DNA of 64,000 bases from Fistulifera solaris (taxonomy: Eukaryota): NCBI GenBank assembly GCA_030295235.1, contig AP026167.1, positions 372,001 through 436,000 on the forward strand, in the 5' to 3' direction. Both the position numbers and the translations under genes were made by a program. A model generated the notes under the pieces. It was not told the DNA's origin. It did not search any database and was given only the letters and a program-made list of their open reading frames with translations. Shown piece after piece: positions 1 to 10,149 of the stretch; position 1 is the first letter of the stretch; every line of letters begins with the position of its first letter.

Positions 1-204
1 TGATTTAAGTGTTAAGAGACGCTGCAGCTCTCCTTCCACGGTTTGCTCTTCCGCTTCAGGATCCGGAACAGGAAGAATCCAGTCGGGTGTTTTTGAGTCA
101 CCGGGAAGATTTCGCGAGGAAACCGACAGCAAGGCTTCTTTGAGCTCGTCTTCCGTAATATAGTCCTGTACAGAACGCCCAAATGCAGATGTTTGTGTTG
201 CCAT
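1..204 (-). CDS. 5' part of a probable GAF-domain sensor protein (runs off the window)
   Basis: Not in ORF track. ATG at 204 reads open to base 1: MATQTSAFGRSVQDYITEDELKEALL...PDPEAEEQTVEGELQRLLTLKS. The E-x-x-R-L-x-x-L-K-S end resembles the helix that starts GAF domains. An upstream exon is possible (ttttacag acceptor near 240). Confidence 0.45.
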   Translation of the reverse strand, partial: MATQTSAFGRSVQDYITEDELKEALLSVSSRNLPGDSKTPDWILPVPDPEAEEQTVEGELQRLLTLKS

Positions 205-430
205 AATGTGTAAATTAGTTGCAGATTGAGATGATGCCGCTGTAAAAACTGCCCCTCAAGGCTGTGTGTGGTTTTCTCGAAAGACTCCGATATCAAATCA
301 AAGGAAGTTAAGCTGCTATAAAGGCAAGCTATTTCACGGATACAAATAGCAATTTCTATTTCCCGACTGTTCTAAAGTAATAAATAAACGCTTGAAGACG
401 TTTATTGTTTGAATGATATTCTAATCGTCG

Positions 431-680
431 TGACGTGACACCGAGTGGCGGGGGCGACAAATAATGGAAACGTCTTGCATTGCAATCGTAGTTCCACGGC
501 ACTGCCCTGGCAAAAGTGGACAGCAACGATCGTTTGAAACAAAGGTTTGAAAGTTGAAAAGACCTTCGTGGTCGTTCGTGGCCAACCAAAGTCTACATCA
601 AAGTAGTACGTTTCTCGCATACGTCAGCAAACAACGTCATGTTGGACACTTTGGTTGCCATTCTTTCTAAATACTGACGT
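431..680. promoter_or_regulatory. Cluster of four TGACGT/ACGTCA (bZIP/aureochrome-type) motifs
   Basis: TGACGT 431-436, ACGTCA 621-626, ACGTCA 634-639 and TGACGT 675-680, in the divergent intergenic region between the GAF-like gene and RPS29. Confidence 0.35.
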
Positions 681-1245
681 GGTTTGAAGTAACAAGGAAG
701 TAACGCTTTTCCCGTGTTTCTGTTCTCTGTTCTGCGTCTGCCTTTGCATCCGACGTGCTTCGGACATTCGGAATAATATAGGCAGATTAACCTCTACCCT
801 AATCGGTAAATATGTTTCATTTACCTATTTACTAAACTTTGTTGACAAAACGTCCGTGCTGCGAGCCTGTTGTGATTACATCGACGACAAGCACTTGACC
901 TTGTCACAATCATCTGTAATCAATTTAATCAACAAAAGGTACGGCGGACTAATGATTGTAAATAAATGACGAAATACGTTGTAGCCTTCGTCGAGCAGCA
1001 GTGTGATTCTTTGCATTCGAGGAGGGGGGATTTTGCTAAATGACGACAGAGTTTCATTCAATCAACATTCCGATAGTCAGGCATGAACGTTGAATTCTAT
1101 GAGCTCAATTTTCAAGTCTCCATTGAATAGATACGTGTCGGATTTTCGCGTCTTTTGTTAAAACGAAGCCACAGTTAGCGTGTGAACAACAAACGACATA
1201 AATTTTCTCACATTTTCTCTCTGCTCTTTCAACACAGAATTAAAC

Positions 1246-1434
1246 ATGGTTGAATCACGTAAACCTGATAAGCTTTATGCCACACATCCTTCTGGTTACG
1301 GAAAGGGATCTCGTGCCTGCCGCGTCACTGGACGATTGGGCGGTATGGGACTTGTTCGAAAGTACGGCATCAACATGAAGCGTCAAGTGTTCCGTGAGCG
1401 CGCACTCGATATGGGCTGGGAGAAATACAACTAA
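1246..1434 (+). CDS. RPS29: 40S ribosomal protein S29 (uS14), Cys-depleted form
   Basis: HP..YGKGSRACRV...GLVRKYGINM.RQ.FRE.A.D.G..KY matches eukaryotic S29. Intronless; pyrimidine tract at about 1213-1230 just upstream. Confidence 0.95.
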   Translation: MVESRKPDKLYATHPSGYGKGSRACRVTGRLGGMGLVRKYGINMKRQVFRERALDMGWEKYN

Positions 1435-2222
1435 ACTATGTTAGATGTAACAACTATTGCACTCTATAGTTTCGATTGTTTTCATGATATCTTGCCATGT
1501 TTTCCAGTTATTTTCGCTAAGGGCGTTTGAAGTTATTGTTGTATGCTGTGGTGCTACTTGATTTACTACTGATTGTGTATGATGTTCTGCCTTTGACTCC
1601 TTCCTAAATCCGGAGCTTGATCAGTTGATTCTTCATTGTGTTGCTTGTTGATGGACTAGCTTCTACTACCTAGCTAGCAAAGGGCAATTAATTGCAAACT
1701 TAATTTTTACAAATAGTTAACATTTGAAAATTCATTCCCCTAAAACTGTCGTACAGGTTCTTGATTATTCAGGGATGACGTTTTGCTGATGCTGTTGTGA
1801 CCAGGTTGTGACTCGCCACATCTACATTTCGTCGGCGTCGACACGTACTTTGTAGTGAAAGAGGTGTGAATACGGGTGTGTACTTGTACGTTGTGTACCG
1901 CCGTCGATCAACAGCTGCTTCATGCTTCACCCACCACATGCCGCAGTTGCTGTTGAAAAGACGTCGGGAAGGATCCTTTTGTGTTTTCATATCGGCGAGG
2001 AGATAGAATAGTTCGCATAGTCGAGCACGCGCTCCTACTTGTATTTATTATCTGCAACGACAGGCCCGGCTGGTTTTTGTCTCTACCCGAGTCACAGTGT
2101 TCCTGTTGTTTTCAGCAGAATTGCTTTCGAATCTATTGTTGGTTTAAGGCGGATTGATTTTCTCGTGTCTTTCTGGTTCGCTATATCAATAGATAAAAGG
2201 AGAAGCAACGGAGGCAAGAGAT

Positions 2223-3563
2223 ATGGGTTGCGGCGCGTCCACTGATAAAGGCCCGGGCGGTGGGCCGCAAAATCAATACGCAGCCCCTCATAATCCGAAG
2301 AAAGATGATCCGCAAGAAGTGGCGAAATCGTCAGGCATTGACAGAGATCTGGACCGAGCGAAACAAAACGAAGAATTAAAAGTGAAACTGTTATTACTAG
2401 GAGCCGGAGAGAGCGGAAAATCAACCATTTTTAAACAAATGAGGATTTTGCACGGGGCTCCACGAAGTGAAGAAGATCAGCGCATGTATGGTGTTGTCAT
2501 CCGCTCGAACGTAATCACTGCTATGCGAAAGCTCTGTTCGCATTTGAGAAGTCTGGGCTTGGAGGGCCAGCTGGCAAGAGAGCCCAAACCCGATGATAGC
2601 GATCTCACACCGAAGGCTGCGTACGATTTAATAGTTGCGCATGTAGTCGACAACACCGCCTCTTCTGCTGACTTGCCTATTCCTCCCGAAAATTCCGACG
2701 GGAGAGACTGGGTGGGTCAGAGTCCACGAGCAGGACTTGGTGCTAACAACGATGCCAAGCAGTTTCTACAGTTATGGCGCGCTATGAAAACACTATGGGA
2801 GGTAAGTGATCGATTATGGTAAACATCCTTGGCTGGGAATGTATTCTGATTCAATGCATCTTTTTTCATTTTTGTAGTCCAAGACAATGAAAGAAGTTTG
2901 GATGAAACGGGCGGCTGTCAACGTCATTGATGGCCACAAGGAGTACTTGCAAGATTTATCACGTATTGCATCTCCTTCTTTTCGTCCAACCACCCAAGAT
3001 ATCCTTCTCGCCCGTGTCAAGACGACACAGGTAGTAATGGAGCGTTACCGAATCGACGGTATTGAATTTGAAATGTATGATGTTGGAGGCCAGCGGTCAG
3101 AACGGCGTAAATGGATCGACTGCTTCGATAACGTCGATGCGGTCATCTTTGTTGCGGCTTTGTCGGAGTACGACCAAGCCCTAGCAGAAGCAAAAAGAAC
3201 CAACCGAATGGCGGAGGCCCTAGAGCTTTTCCGATCTGTCTGTAATAACAGGGCGTTTGCGAATACTTCCATTATGCTGTTTCTAAACAAAAGGACGTGT
3301 TTGCGGAGAAGATAATGAGTAGCGACATTGCCGCTCAGAAGCCTTTTGCGGACTACGCTGGTCCGCCGCAAGACTTCAACAGTGGCGTGCTCTATTTCAT
3401 TCAAAAATTCAAAGAATGTTTGATTGATGACGATTTCAACGACTCTTTTATTCATGTGACGTGTGCAACCGACACGAATAACATGGAGTTTGTTCTAGAC
3501 TCGACTAGAACTATTATCATGACAGATAATCTTCGACGATCAGGGTTCCTCGGCTCGGGTTAG
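2223..3563 (+). CDS. Heterotrimeric G-protein alpha subunit
   Basis: MGCGAS lipidation start, [27 protein letters not shown](K)D and TCATDT boxes. Intron 2802-2877 (GTAAGT..TAG). One A missing in the run at about 3289-3292. Confidence 0.95.
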
Positions 3564-4358
3564 ACATTTTCGATCGTACATTACATCGCGAAGTCGAAGC
3601 TAAATTTCTCGTAAACACCTTAATCTCGTTCTTAAAGTAAATTAATTGTTCTTTTGAACTTCATTGCGGTATTCAAATCTTGCCGTATGAAAAGTTAGCA
3701 AGGAGGAGAGTTCGAGGTGGACGTCGCTATTCTTTGTTTTCTCTAGGTCAGAAGTGAAGCTACAAATGAATTTGAAACACTAAAAATCAAAAAAGTCGAT
3801 TGCCAAGACAACAATCTTATTTAAATTTTGAAAGTCTCGGACTTTACGCGATAATTCAATCCTACGGACATCAATAACAACAAAAGAGTCAATTATGCTT
3901 TATGAAGTTTATTCAATGCCCGTCAAGAGTCAAGAACACTTATACAAGATCACATGATTTATATAATTTAGGTCGTCGCCAGCCGGGACTGATGCTGAGT
4001 CACAGAAAAAATCTTTACATTTTACCATATGGTTCCATATCACGTTCTCCAACATAAGAGAAATGCCAAGTGCGACTAAATCTTGGCTGTATTTAGGAGA
4101 ACCGCATTACCGTAGCCTATGTAAAAATGTTGAGCATTGGGATTACTATGAAGAAATGGATGGATACAATATTGTACAAGACTCGCCGTCTGCAAAACCC
4201 CGCTGAAAAAAGAAAAAGCGCAACAAGGGTCGAAATCGAATTGCTGCAATCCGCAACAGAGCAACAACAGAGGGATTATTTGACAGCATCGATGATTCAA
4301 GTATCCCGTTGACTGTTGTTACTTTTATCTTTTTTTCATTTCATTGTTGTACTTAACC

Positions 4359-5604
4359 ATGCCGACTGCTCCACCCAAAGGTGCTACAGGCGATTTGACG
4401 ACGTTCAACGTCTTTCACGGTTTCCCTGAAGCGTTGGTTCGTGGTATGCGATCGTCTTTTCTTACGGATGCTGACTACCATCATTTGACGCAGTGTGAGA
4501 CTGTGGATGATGTAAGACTCAACTTATCGGAAAGTGACTATTCTTCTGCATTAGCGGATATGGCAGTCATGACGCCGGCTTCGTTACAAAAGGCGGCAAT
4601 TGAAAAGGTTAGTTGCTCGAGCAGAAAACGAATGTTTACTTTGTTGTATTAAATCTAACGATCGCCGCTCTAACCTAATTAAGCTTGTAACCGAGTTCAA
4701 GTACTTGCGAAGTCAAGCGGTTGAGCCTTTGTCTACCTTCCTCGACTTTGTCACTTACGAGTACATGATCGAGAACGTTATGCTTTTATTGAAGGGTGCT
4801 CTGAGTGGTCGCGATATCAACGAATTGATTGCGCAATGCCACCCTCTTGGCATGTTTAAAGAGAGCACTATGCGCAGCATTCCAACCTTGAAAACAGTGC
4901 TAAGGGTTACGCGGATTTGTATCAGACTGTGTTGGTAGACACTCCGGTAGGCCCCTATTTTGCCATGTTTTTGCAGGAGAGTGCCGAGCACCGCGGTGAC
5001 AGCCGAAATGTCTTGGAAGAAGTTGAAATCGAGATTATCAAGTCTTCGTTGATTAAGTACTGGTTAGAGGATTTTGCTCAGTTTGTGGAGAAACTTGGCG
5101 GTGACACGGCTTCTATTATGGGTGACTTGTTGAAGGTCCGAGCTGATACAAATGCTATCAATATTACGCTAAACTCCTTCGGAACGCCCCTAAATGAGCC
5201 TGCTATGCGTGCTTCCGATCGAAAGCGACTCTATCCTGCTGTCGGGCATCTTTATCCCGTCGGCTCGACCATGTTGGTGGATGTTGCGAACGAAGAAGAG
5301 CTCGGACGCGTGCTTGAACTTTTCCCCCCAGTACAAAGCGATTTGGAACATTCATGCTTCGGGACAGGGCGATATCAGTATCGACGATGCATTCTACGAG
5401 CGTGACGTCCAGACCCTGGAATTGGCATTCGAGAGCCAGTTCCACTTTGCCGTTTTCTATGCTTACGTGAAGCTCAAAGAACAAGAGATTCGAAATTTGG
5501 TTTGGATTTCGGAATGCATCTTGCAACAGCAAAAGGATGAGATTTCGAAGTTCGTTCCCGTGTTCAGCTTCCATTCGCCGTGGCGTGAAAAGAAGAGATC
5601 ATAG
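4359..5604 (+). CDS. ATP6V0D: V-type H+-ATPase V0 subunit d
   Basis: [54 protein letters not shown]. Intron 4608-4683; homopolymer frameshifts near 4888 and 5325. Confidence 0.95.
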
Positions 5605-5747
5605 ATTGATTTATTGGCAAACGGTTTATGTTATGACATTCGTCTTTTAAGCATCGGTATAAAACACTACTTTATCTACATGGCACCAACTCCTGTATGT
5701 ATTCTTGCCAGTAGTGCGTATTCGACCGGACTGAAAATGAAGAGGGA

Positions 5748-7270
5748 TTACGCGTGATCTGCTCGTTTCTCTTCAAGCTTTTGCATGGTACCCGTTTCAC
5801 AGAACTCTTTGATCTTTTGAGCAAACGCTGTACCGATACCTTCTACTTTCGTTTTGCCTTTGCTCAAGGACATAGCATTCTCGGCAGTGATTTCGTAGTC
5901 CAGGCCTCGGATGGCATTGAGACACTTGGAGTAAGTAAACACCGCTCGTTGATTTGCTGAAAAGAATTTAGTTCAGTTACACAATGTAATAGGAAAAGAG
6001 GATTGTGTTGCGGATGTTGGTACCGCACTTACCTTCTTTGGAATAGTATTCGGAAAGTTCCTGAAACGCGGCGACCAATTTCGCGTTTGCATCGACTTTG
6101 GTCGTCTTTTCGAGTGCTTTGTCTTTTGTTCTTTCTCTTCGTTCGACAATTGCTTGCCAACTTCTTTCCAAAGAGCTGCAATAATATCTTCTGGTGTTTC
6201 TCGTTTGTGTGCCAAGATCACGGGACCGATTTTTTGTTTCGCCTTGGTGGCATCTTCCGGGAGTTTTGCATTGTACTTTTTCAACAAACCAATGGCGTCT
6301 TCGGTGGCGGAACGAATTCCTTCCTTGTTCGAGAGGTTCCACTCCAAGCTCGCCGCTTCCTTCTTCATACTAGCTAGATCGCCATGACTGTCCCCCGCAC
6401 CTTCGCCAGTAGCATCTGCTTCAAGTTTGTCCATCTTTTCTTTTCCTCTTCCGAGGGCTCTTCGGTGAACCTAATCGTTTTCAAATTGTTGAATAAATAA
6501 AATAATTCGAAGCAATAGTTCAAGAACAACAAACGACTTACCATGGCTTCCAACGGGGTGCGTCTTCGATACTGCACTGAAAGGTGCAGGGGATGCGTTG
6601 CTGCGCATCTTCGTCAAACTGGCCGTTGCACAGCACGATGGAACAGTTCTTCTCATCAATTTTCAATCTGCCGCCTTGACAAAGTTGACAACGAGCCAAG
6701 CGACCATTGACATGACCATCCAAGACCTTGACCAGTAAATAGTTCTTGGTACCAGAGACGAATTGACGATTCCATTTTAGTACATCTTTCAGCTCATCGT
6801 TCTTTTCCTTCTGATACACACGGTAGGCCGCCACGAACTCGTTCGACGAGTAATGATCGTCTCTCTTTGCTTTTTTTCGTTTGCGGCTCGTTCTCCCCGT
6901 CATCAACCATTGCTTTGATTTTTTCAATGATAGCATCGGCGGAAGAAGCAGAACCCGGAGCTTTATTGCTTTTCTTGGTGGCTGAAGAGCTTGTCTTGAT
7001 GGCTTCAACGAGCGCATCGCGTTCTTTCGGCAAAATTTGTCCCTCGGTAGTGTCCCGCAATGTTTCATCAACAAAGTCATCAACAGTACCGGCGAATTTT
7101 CGCGGCAAAGTGTAGCATTTGGGATGAAAGCTTTGCGTGACATCGAATCTCCCTCCCGTAGTAGTCGTCAAGATTTTGATGTCACCTATCTCGATGATAT
7201 CGCTGCATTTCTTGCATTTGGCGCGGCTCGTCTTGGCAAACTCCACTGCGTAGGTTGTCTCGGAACTCAT
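5748..7270 (-). CDS. zf-PARP + PADR1 (PARP1 Zn3-like) + PolX N-terminal helix-hairpin-helix protein, no PARP catalytic domain
   Basis: N-terminal YAVEFAKTSRAKCKKC...FHPKC (PARP Zn finger); LKDVLKWNRQ..SGTK...RCQLC..G.L...C.G.F......PC (PADR1); C-terminal YSKCLNAI...VEGIGTAFAQKIKEFCETG (HhH). Introns 6541-6471 and 6032-5957; frameshifts near 6870, 6440 and 6125. Confidence 0.8.
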
Positions 7271-7539
7271 CGTTAGTGTTGAACAGGTGATAAAGAATCT
7301 CTTTATTGAAGGCAGGATGTTGTACGCTTGCGAAAGGTAATGCAAATGCCTAAATGCATTGACATGTCACTCATGTTTTTCCCATACTCCTTTGTTTTTC
7401 CCGCCAAAGCGCGCGAGGGCGAAGATGCGAACGGATCACAAGCGTACACACACTCTCTATAAGGGGGTGTAGATTGTAGATAGAGTGGCGGGACAGAAAT
7501 AATGATGTTCGTAGAAATCGACGTAGAAAAATGTACCAC

Positions 7540-7618
7540 GGGGGAACGACATTGGAATTCTGCCTTCAGTACAAGATTCTACGTAGAGTCCACGACGCCT
7601 AAGAATTTTAACGCCGTT
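7540..7618. repeat. Diverged copy of an ~80-bp dispersed inverted-repeat element
   Basis: AATTCTGCC-TCAGTACAAGATTCTACGTA...ACGACG...AGAATTTTAACGCCGTT shared with 45975-46057. Confidence 0.75.
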
Positions 7619-8436
7619 ATTTCTGGTATACGTCTGTGAAGGTGCGGCCTCAAGCCTCAATAAATCAGTAAAGGTGCCAAAGAAATAACAATCACAAAGA
7701 TAGAAACAAATTTGATGTGCATCATTTGAAGGACGACGTGCTGTCGACCTCATTACTATAGCCAAGTTTCCCTCTTTGTTCGTTAAGATTTTTTATCTTT
7801 GACAAATGATTACCTTCTTTCATATGAAGCTAAATCAGGCTTGTTTACGTGGAAAGCCTCAAAATGTAAATTAGATCTTTCGCCACAGGAATTCAGTCAT
7901 GAGAGACAAATCCTTCCCATCTCCTAAAACCGAAACCTTAATCGTGTCTATCACCTCGCCTCTCACTTTCTGGAGCCCGCGAAGCGCACGGCGCACCTAT
8001 TGCGTCCAAAATTGCGTCTCGTGAACAAAAGGTTTTAGCCACGGATGACGGATGCGGGGCATTTTCGTCGAGGAAGGTCATTGCTCGTGATTTCATAAGT
8101 GCGAAGTTGGCTAGTTAAATTTTTAGTATACTGATGGAAGTAAAAACAAGACCATGATTCTCCATCCAGGGACATTTCTGCTCTCGTGCACAAAGTGGCT
8201 GAGGTCTTAGGGGGAATCGATTATCGAATAGAAAGCACACTGTTGTTTCAAAATTCCGAAACCGGTACGTCGGACAAAATGGTGGATGCCCGCGTTCGCT
8301 CGCGATGCCTCGTCGACGACAAGTCAACAAAACTTGGTGGCAAATTGGGGAATGGTTCCAAATAAATGGATGAGCGAAAAACCACCATTTCAATACGAAA
8401 TACTCCTACAATTTACCATAACAATAAGCATTTACG

Positions 8437-9543
8437 ATGAAGTATACGCATCAGCTCTACTCCGCGCTTCTAATAGCTTTAATAAGGATCACATCAGCTG
8501 AAACAATACGTGGGGGAGTCACTGTGGAAGAGGGGAACATTTTAGAATATGACCGATCGCGTCTGTCGCGAATACTGAAACTGTTTCACAAGCAGTCGCG
8601 AAGAGCAATGCAGGGAAAAGAAGAGTATGATCCTGTATTTGATCAGCAATATGAAAAGCGGCAAGCAAATCTGGATCCAGCTTTGTTGTATTTCCCGAAA
8701 TTTATCCCCGTGTTTCAGATGAATCCTCCGACCCTGTCTCCGGCCCCTTCCACGCAAGGGCCTACCCTAATAAGCACTTCGAATCCTCCTTCAGCATCAA
8801 CTCCGACGGGTGGTGGTGCAACGCCTGCTCCCACATCTCCGACGAACAGTTTTACGACTGCACCGACTCCCGTTCCGACGGCGCCCTCCTTCGCTACCCC
8901 ATCACCGACCACGGGTGGTGTCACTTCTGCTCCTGCTCGTCCCACCATTTCGCCTAAACCAACACTCACGAACTCTCCTTCTGCCGTGAGTGTACCGATA
9001 CCGAGCACCCCTCCGTTGTTGACGAGTCTTCCGACGACTGGTGGAACGTTTGGGACCCCCACACCCGGAGTGACGGGTACGCCGACCTTTGGCCTCGGCA
9101 CGCCGGCACCGTCCATGGGTTCCGCCGTTCTTACCAGTACTCCGACATTTGCTGCGGCAACCACTTTAGCTCCTACTATAGCGAGCTCCATATCTTCGAC
9201 GACCGCGGGATCCATGAGTGCGGTGCGAATGTCGGTGCCGACATCTATGTCGCCAGTGGTGTCTTCTTTTCCGAGTATGGTTCCGACGTATTCGAGTGCG
9301 CCCATGTCTTCCTTGTTTCCGACACCGCCGTCGACTAGCGACGAACCTACGACTGGTTTGAGTAGTTTGGAGTCCAGTCAATCGTTGTTACCGACGTTAG
9401 ACAACTCGACGGAGGACGTCTCACAGCGATCAGAGGCTCTCTATTCAGAATCATTTCTTCTAGGGCAAAAGTCTTACTTAAAAGAGATGAAAATGGAGGA
9501 GTTTTGGTCCACGCTATTTCGACGTAAACAAGATCCTTCATAA
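8437..9543 (+). CDS. Secreted Pro/Thr/Ser-rich mucin-like protein A
   Basis: Signal peptide MKYTHQLYSALLIALIRITSA, RIL/RRAM basic sites, about 230 aa of PT/PS-rich sequence, charged C-terminal tail. Confidence 0.8.
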   Translation: MKYTHQLYSALLIALIRITSAETIRGGVTVEEGNILEYDRSRLSRILKLFHKQSRRAMQGKEEYDPVFDQQYEKRQANLDPALLYFPKFIPVFQMNPPTLSPAPSTQGPTLISTSNPPSASTPTGGGATPAPTSPTNSFTTAPTPVPTAPSFATPSPTTGGVTSAPARPTISPKPTLTNSPSAVSVPIPSTPPLLTSLPTTGGTFGTPTPGVTGTPTFGLGTPAPSMGSAVLTSTPTFAAATTLAPTIASSISSTTAGSMSAVRMSVPTSMSPVVSSFPSMVPTYSSAPMSSLFPTPPSTSDEPTTGLSSLESSQSLLPTLDNSTEDVSQRSEALYSESFLLGQKSYLKEMKMEEFWSTLFRRKQDPS

Positions 9544-10149
9544 CAAGTTTTCGGAGAAGGAAAAAGATTTGGGAGAGGTCTAGTTTTGCTGCTACAGATA
9601 GGAAAACAATCAGAATGAAACAATGATTTGCTATTGGATACGTGGTCAAGGTTGAAAAGAGGCGGTGCGTCTTGTCTAGTGGTCGAACATCCTATTTCCG
9701 CGACAAAACGTAACCGTAATTGTAAAGTTTACTAGATGTTCATGATGTTTGTTAGGAGTATAAGGTTTTAGGGCTTTGGCTAGAGTGGGTTGATGGTTCG
9801 CCTCGATGACCTGTGATTTCTTTTTTAGCTTGCATGTTTTGCAAAAAGCGCTCCCATTTCTCATAATCATAGCAATTGTCAACAAAACACACCGTAGTTT
9901 TTACTATCAAACCGTCGATGGCCGACCGGTATCTCGTTGTATAAATGAACGGAACAAAAATTTTGAAAAATGACCGCTGAGTACTGTGTTGTCAATTCTA
10001 CCGGAGTGCCATTTTCCATAATAATTATCACTATAGGATGAGAGGTACATTATTTTGTCACGTACCCGCCAAATGAGGTGACCACTTTTTGAAGCTAACG
10101 AAAAAATGTTGACATCCACAACGAAGCATTATAATAAAATGGAGTCACC

